From: Arenicellales bacterium
GTDB taxonomy: Bacteria > Pseudomonadota > Gammaproteobacteria > Arenicellales > JAJDZL01
NCBI GenBank assembly: GCA_965200425.1
Contig: CBDAUA010000002.1
Span: forward strand, 65,392 to 129,391
Direction: 5' to 3'
DNA length: 64,000 nucleotides
Shown: positions 61,901 to 64,000 of the stretch, in pieces
How positions within the stretch are numbered: position 1 is the first letter of the stretch
Layout of the letters: every line of letters starts with the position of its first letter
Notes under the pieces: generated by a model
Told to the model about the DNA's origin: nothing
What the model saw: only the letters and a program-made list of their open reading frames with translations
The model's database searches: none
Position numbers and translations under genes: made by a program

Positions 61901-62641
61901 GATCAATTACCCGTATTCGGAATTAAAACGAATGTACAGCTACGTTTGGCCTTAATCGTAAGAGCATTGATTTTGAGCTGTCTTAGCTCGCACTTTCGTG
62001 AATTATGGGAGTCACTATGTCAGCTTAAGGTCGACTTAGTTCGAACGAACACATTAGATTCGGCCAATCGCGTTAGCTATTTGGAGTTTTTCCAGCACGA
62101 CGCATGGACCATTACAGACCCGAAAATTGACGCTGAATTCTTTTCCCAGCTGACACCGCATTGGCAAAGAAATGTCGCGCTACGTTCAGAACGCATGCGC
62201 CGCCAAGCTCTAGTTGAAATCGATGTCCTAGTCGCAATGGCATTTGGCTTTACTTTGGATGAACTACTCGCAATGTATCGAATTCAATTTCCGACATTAC
62301 AAAAATATGAAAACAACACTTGGTATGATTCAAACGGTCGTATTGTTTACACATCTAGATCAGGCTACAAAGCAGCACCATCCAAAGCGGTTAAGAATGA
62401 CAACAATTGGAGCATATGCACAAATGTTCGAACCGAGAACAATATCGCATTAGGCTGGCAAGACATTAAAGATCTTAGGGGGGGGGTGGTTACTCAAAAA
62501 GTGCTCGACAACACTCTTGCAGGCGAGCCAGTAGAGCGCACCATTGAATATCATGCTCCATTTTCGAAATGTGACCGAGAACAAGATTATCGTCAGGCTT
62601 GGGAACAGTTTACTGATCGGTATTCTAGCGAACGAGCCTAG
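57746..62641 (+). CDS. giant (1631 aa) gamma-class N6-adenine DNA methyltransferase, PglX / type IIG (Eco57I-like) family
   Basis: Ordered MTase motifs: SFYTPESLAQ, CEPAMGSAAFLNEA (about 59450-59476), FGVDLNPVATEL, YCGNSLVG, FFHWELEFADIF and FDLVIGNPPWIKL (about 60590-60604). About 560 aa lie N-terminal and about 680 aa C-terminal to the MTase core. By eye I found no Walker A, helicase or clear PD-(D/E)xK motif. Confidence 0.85.
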   Translation: MPEVQGLTNTNEFYSSHYFSVIFPNKLDATIRKWNKEVEQTETGVKATQLVEEIRKLAPAYRKFLHKFMQTERSQTERWALQRDWYCELLSKFGYGCFPQTLSVDGVEVPIFHKEVDENGYDRFLILATFDTDASDEDPLSLRPHEVQFEPDPLFAEDLLDWSWQRVIDEHIFSQVHPPRWVLHLSYSQMILIDRTKWPMQQYLRFDLTEIFDRLERYALAAMVLMLHPKGIGLRQASSGFLDGLEQDSHRHAYSVSTDLKYAMREAIELIGNEAIWYLQREGKLGQQDDRLATELSRESLRYLYRLLFLLYLEARPNLGYVPMNSETFVSGYSLESLRELEMVQLTTERSRNGYFLHESIEQLFRLVREGLQPSTEHQEDLHADAESFQIRAVDDKLFARQSLEILSEVKFRNFILQRVIRLLSLTRPGSKVHKKRGRISYSHLGINQLGSVYETLLPYRGFFAKEHLYEVCRKNVSPDILDVAHLVNVDDLKDYEEDERVYEDKKKTVLRKYSKGQFIYRLAGRERTSSGSFYTPESLAQCVVKYSLKEVIREDMTAAEILKLTVCEPAMGSAAFLNEAVNQLAEAYLTRRQRERKLKIERKDYVDELQKVKRYITDRNVFGVDLNPVATELGELSMRLNCMYQDGQSPWFGFQVYCGNSLVGARREFFRTTELAKKNWYNKTSFRVDAGRSEALEQTEDSIYHFLVPHPDMLSSTADKKLKQFFEPSIVQLFAQRKKEFKSSCPGHELNQLQRITSILDVLWQRQAAKLAQSRQDTQDHMEVWGSEVKGDKLTEYSDKERYLESFSPTKKNHPVTEYQILKLVMDYWCAMWYWPAQAEVLPPTRAEYIQDLMTVVSFRTKDDRDLQFDDLFLFEEGKELAQKLRLLKAQQGYVSFKDLVTNIPRLKLAHKLSRKYRFFHWELEFADIFLSKTNDGESRGGFDLVIGNPPWIKLNFKEQDVLAEFEPKIWVHKMSASNVTALRPTLFQKHPQAKDELIEYGTYMLCTQQFLNSEQNYPFLKGQQTNLYKAFIAQSWWLSRSKGASGLLHPKDVFDTVKGDSFRQQAYPRLRYQFRFHNVKKLFHDVHTATQFAVNIYSQLNEELGFDLISNLYLPKTIDASYLHSGSGDIPGIKDKNNQYNTSPHKARVIKIDKLILEDFAAVVNRAGQALHKVPILELHSTALLSVIKKFAQLPNRLGNFYEDVHVYEHWHETNAQKDGTIRRQTQFVTEPTKFIYSGPHFFVGNPFAKTPRAVCLANGHYDTLELSIIPDNYLPRTNYVPACNAIEYETRTPNSPWTDDDELPLKTTQFYRVLFRKMISPANERTLISSLVPKAVASINACTTVVFRSYKAAVEFAVLCNSIVLDYFTKCSGVTNVIKSTLDQLPVFGIKTNVQLRLALIVRALILSCLSSHFRELWESLCQLKVDLVRTNTLDSANRVSYLEFFQHDAWTITDPKIDAEFFSQLTPHWQRNVALRSERMRRQALVEIDVLVAMAFGFTLDELLAMYRIQFPTLQKYENNTWYDSNGRIVYTSRSGYKAAPSKAVKNDNNWSICTNVRTENNIALGWQDIKDLRGGVVTQKVLDNTLAGEPVERTIEYHAPFSKCDREQDYRQAWEQFTDRYSSERA
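62478..62486 (+). repeat. G9 homopolymeric tract inside the methyltransferase coding sequence
   Basis: The sequence reads gatcttaGGGGGGGGGtggtt, encoding ...DLRGGVV... about 52 codons before the stop. It is the only long G run I noticed in this window. Confidence 0.9.
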
Positions 62642-62746
62642 CTTCTTTAAGGCATGCCTCCTTCTGTTGTCGCTTTTGGGAAATTCTCAGATCACTGAAA
62701 GACTTTATAGCGAGTCTGCATTAGGCCATAAATCAAGGAGCCGACA

Positions 62747-64000
62747 AAGTTAATCTATGTGAAGACAAGTTGAGGTAACAAATCCCAATGCCAGAAGTTC
62801 AAGGTTTAACGAACGCCAACGAATTTTATAGTAATCACTATTTTTCAGTAATCTTTCCGAATAAGCTGGATGCCACTATTCGCGAGTGGAACAAAGAAGT
62901 TGAGCAGACAGGCACAGGTGTCAAGGCAAGGCAGCTGGTTGATGAAATTAGAAAGTTAGCACCACGCTACCGTGAGTTTCTTACCAAGTTCATGCAAACT
63001 GAACGAAGCCAAACTGAGCGTTGGGCACTGCAGCGTGACTGGTATTGTGAATTGTTCAGCAAGTTGGGATATCAATGCATTCCTCGAACTTTGTCTGTTG
63101 ACAGTGTTGAAGTTCCTATTTTTCATAAAGAAGTTGACGAAAATGGTTATGACCGTTTTTTGATTTTAGCAGCCTTCGATACGGACGCCAGTGACGAGGA
63201 TCCATTGTCCTTGAGACCTCATGAAGTTCAGTTCGAACCACGCCCAGTAGTTTTAGAAGATTCAGTTGCTTGGTCGTGGCAGAGTGTGATTGATGATCAT
63301 ATATTTTCGCAAGTTCATCCGCCGCGGTGGGTGTTACATTTGTCGTACTCGCAGATGATATTGATTGACCGCACAAAGTGGCCGATGCAGCAATATCTGA
63401 GATTTGATCTAACTGAAATCTTCGATCGACTAGAACGATACGCGTTGGCTGCGATGGTGTTAATGTTGCACCCGAAAGGGATTGGTTTGAGACAGGCTTC
63501 AAGTGGTTTTCTGGATGGTTTGGAACAAGATAGTCATCGTCATGCCTATAGTGTGTCGACCGATTTGAAGTATGCGATGCGAGAGGCGATTGAATGCATT
63601 GGCAATGAAGCGATTTGGTATTTGCAGCAGAATCGAATGCAAGGCAGACTTGATGACCAGCTCGCCAGGCAATTAAGTCTTGAAAGTTTGCGCTACCTTT
63701 ATCGTTTGTTGTTTTTGCTGTATCTAGAAGCACGCCCGAACTTGGGTTATGTGCCGATGAATTCAGAGACCTTTGTCAGTGGTTATAGCTTGGAGAGTTT
63801 GCGCGAGTTAGAAATGGTTCAGTTGACCACAGAACGTTCTCGCAACGGCTATTTTCTACATGAAAGTATCGAGCAATTGTTCCGCTTGGTGCGTGAAGGA
63901 CTTCAGCCAAGTACTGAGCACCAAGAGGATTTACATGCCGATGCAGAATCGTTCCAGATTCGTGCTGTAGATGACAAATTATTTGCTCGTCAGTCTTTGC
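62747..64000 (+). repeat. tandem direct repeat, copy 2
   Basis: Matches 57705-58958 (offset 5042). Its true end is unknown because it runs off the window. Confidence 0.9.
62788..64000 (+). CDS. second giant methyltransferase paralogue, partial (runs off the window end)
   Basis: Not in the ORF track because there is no stop in-window. My manual translation from ATG 62788 is open for all 404 codons and collinear without indels with residues 1-404 of the first copy (MPEVQGLTNANEFYSNHYFSVIFPNKLDATIREW...). Confidence 0.85.
   Translation, partial: MPEVQGLTNANEFYSNHYFSVIFPNKLDATIREWNKEVEQTGTGVKARQLVDEIRKLAPRYREFLTKFMQTERSQTERWALQRDWYCELFSKLGYQCIPRTLSVDSVEVPIFHKEVDENGYDRFLILAAFDTDASDEDPLSLRPHEVQFEPRPVVLEDSVAWSWQSVIDDHIFSQVHPPRWVLHLSYSQMILIDRTKWPMQQYLRFDLTEIFDRLERYALAAMVLMLHPKGIGLRQASSGFLDGLEQDSHRHAYSVSTDLKYAMREAIECIGNEAIWYLQQNRMQGRLDDQLARQLSLESLRYLYRLLFLLYLEARPNLGYVPMNSETFVSGYSLESLRELEMVQLTTERSRNGYFLHESIEQLFRLVREGLQPSTEHQEDLHADAESFQIRAVDDKLFARQSL

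Noticed and set aside
57705-64000. Diversity-generating retroelement (TR/VR) explanation for the variable patches between the two methyltransferase copies.
   Set aside because: The substitutions are not restricted to adenine positions, no reverse transcriptase or accessory gene is nearby, and both copies are full coding sequences rather than a short template repeat.
1-64000. Search for CRISPR arrays, tRNA/rRNA genes, IS elements, integrases and att-like direct repeats flanking the methyltransferase locus.
   Set aside because: I found no short regularly spaced repeats, no T-loop GGTTCGAATCC-type motif in a tRNA context, and no transposase- or integrase-like ORF. The only sizeable repeat is the 5042-nt-offset tandem duplication.

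Overview
This 64 kb window looks like mostly core chromosome from a moderately AT-rich Gammaproteobacterium. The synteny blocks algH/yqgE-ruvX-pyrR-pyrB-pyrC', yggS-proC-yggT, mutY-yggX and tkt-gap-pgk-pyk-fba resemble Pseudomonadales, Cellvibrionales or Oceanospirillales. All calls come from reading the supplied translations and the DNA by eye; no search was run.

Coding density is very high. I saw no rRNA, tRNA, CRISPR array, transposase or integrase.

Contents in order:
- a partial unknown membrane protein running off the left edge, then dsbB
- a six-gene MoxR / DUF58 / DUF4381 / BatA / BatB-TPR / BatD operon
- a dienelactone hydrolase, then rph-rdgB-gpmA
- a decayed class III aminotransferase remnant
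- an SDR, a CPA2 antiporter, a thioredoxin-fold protein and moeB
- a ten-gene Liv-type ABC operon with two complete permease/ATPase sets, one binding protein and a small secreted tail protein
- a 979-nt non-coding gap
- a DUF1302 / DUF1329 / BNR-propeller / RND four-gene envelope cluster
- moaC-moeA-methyltransferase
- a tkt-gap-pgk-pyk-fba(class I)-moaD-moaE-DUF1244 string
- pyrimidine and housekeeping genes, and a TRAP transporter

The most unusual part is the right edge. It holds a 1631-aa PglX/type IIG-like N6-adenine DNA methyltransferase, followed 146 nt later by a second, mosaic paralogue that runs off the window. The two copies share roughly 170-nt perfectly identical tracts interrupted by diverged patches. 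The first copy carries a G9 homopolymer near its 3' end. No partner genes or mobility genes are visible. I consider this tandem giant-methyltransferase locus the best candidate for an undescribed, possibly phase-variable or recombination-diversified, defence or epigenetic system. Half of it lies outside the window.
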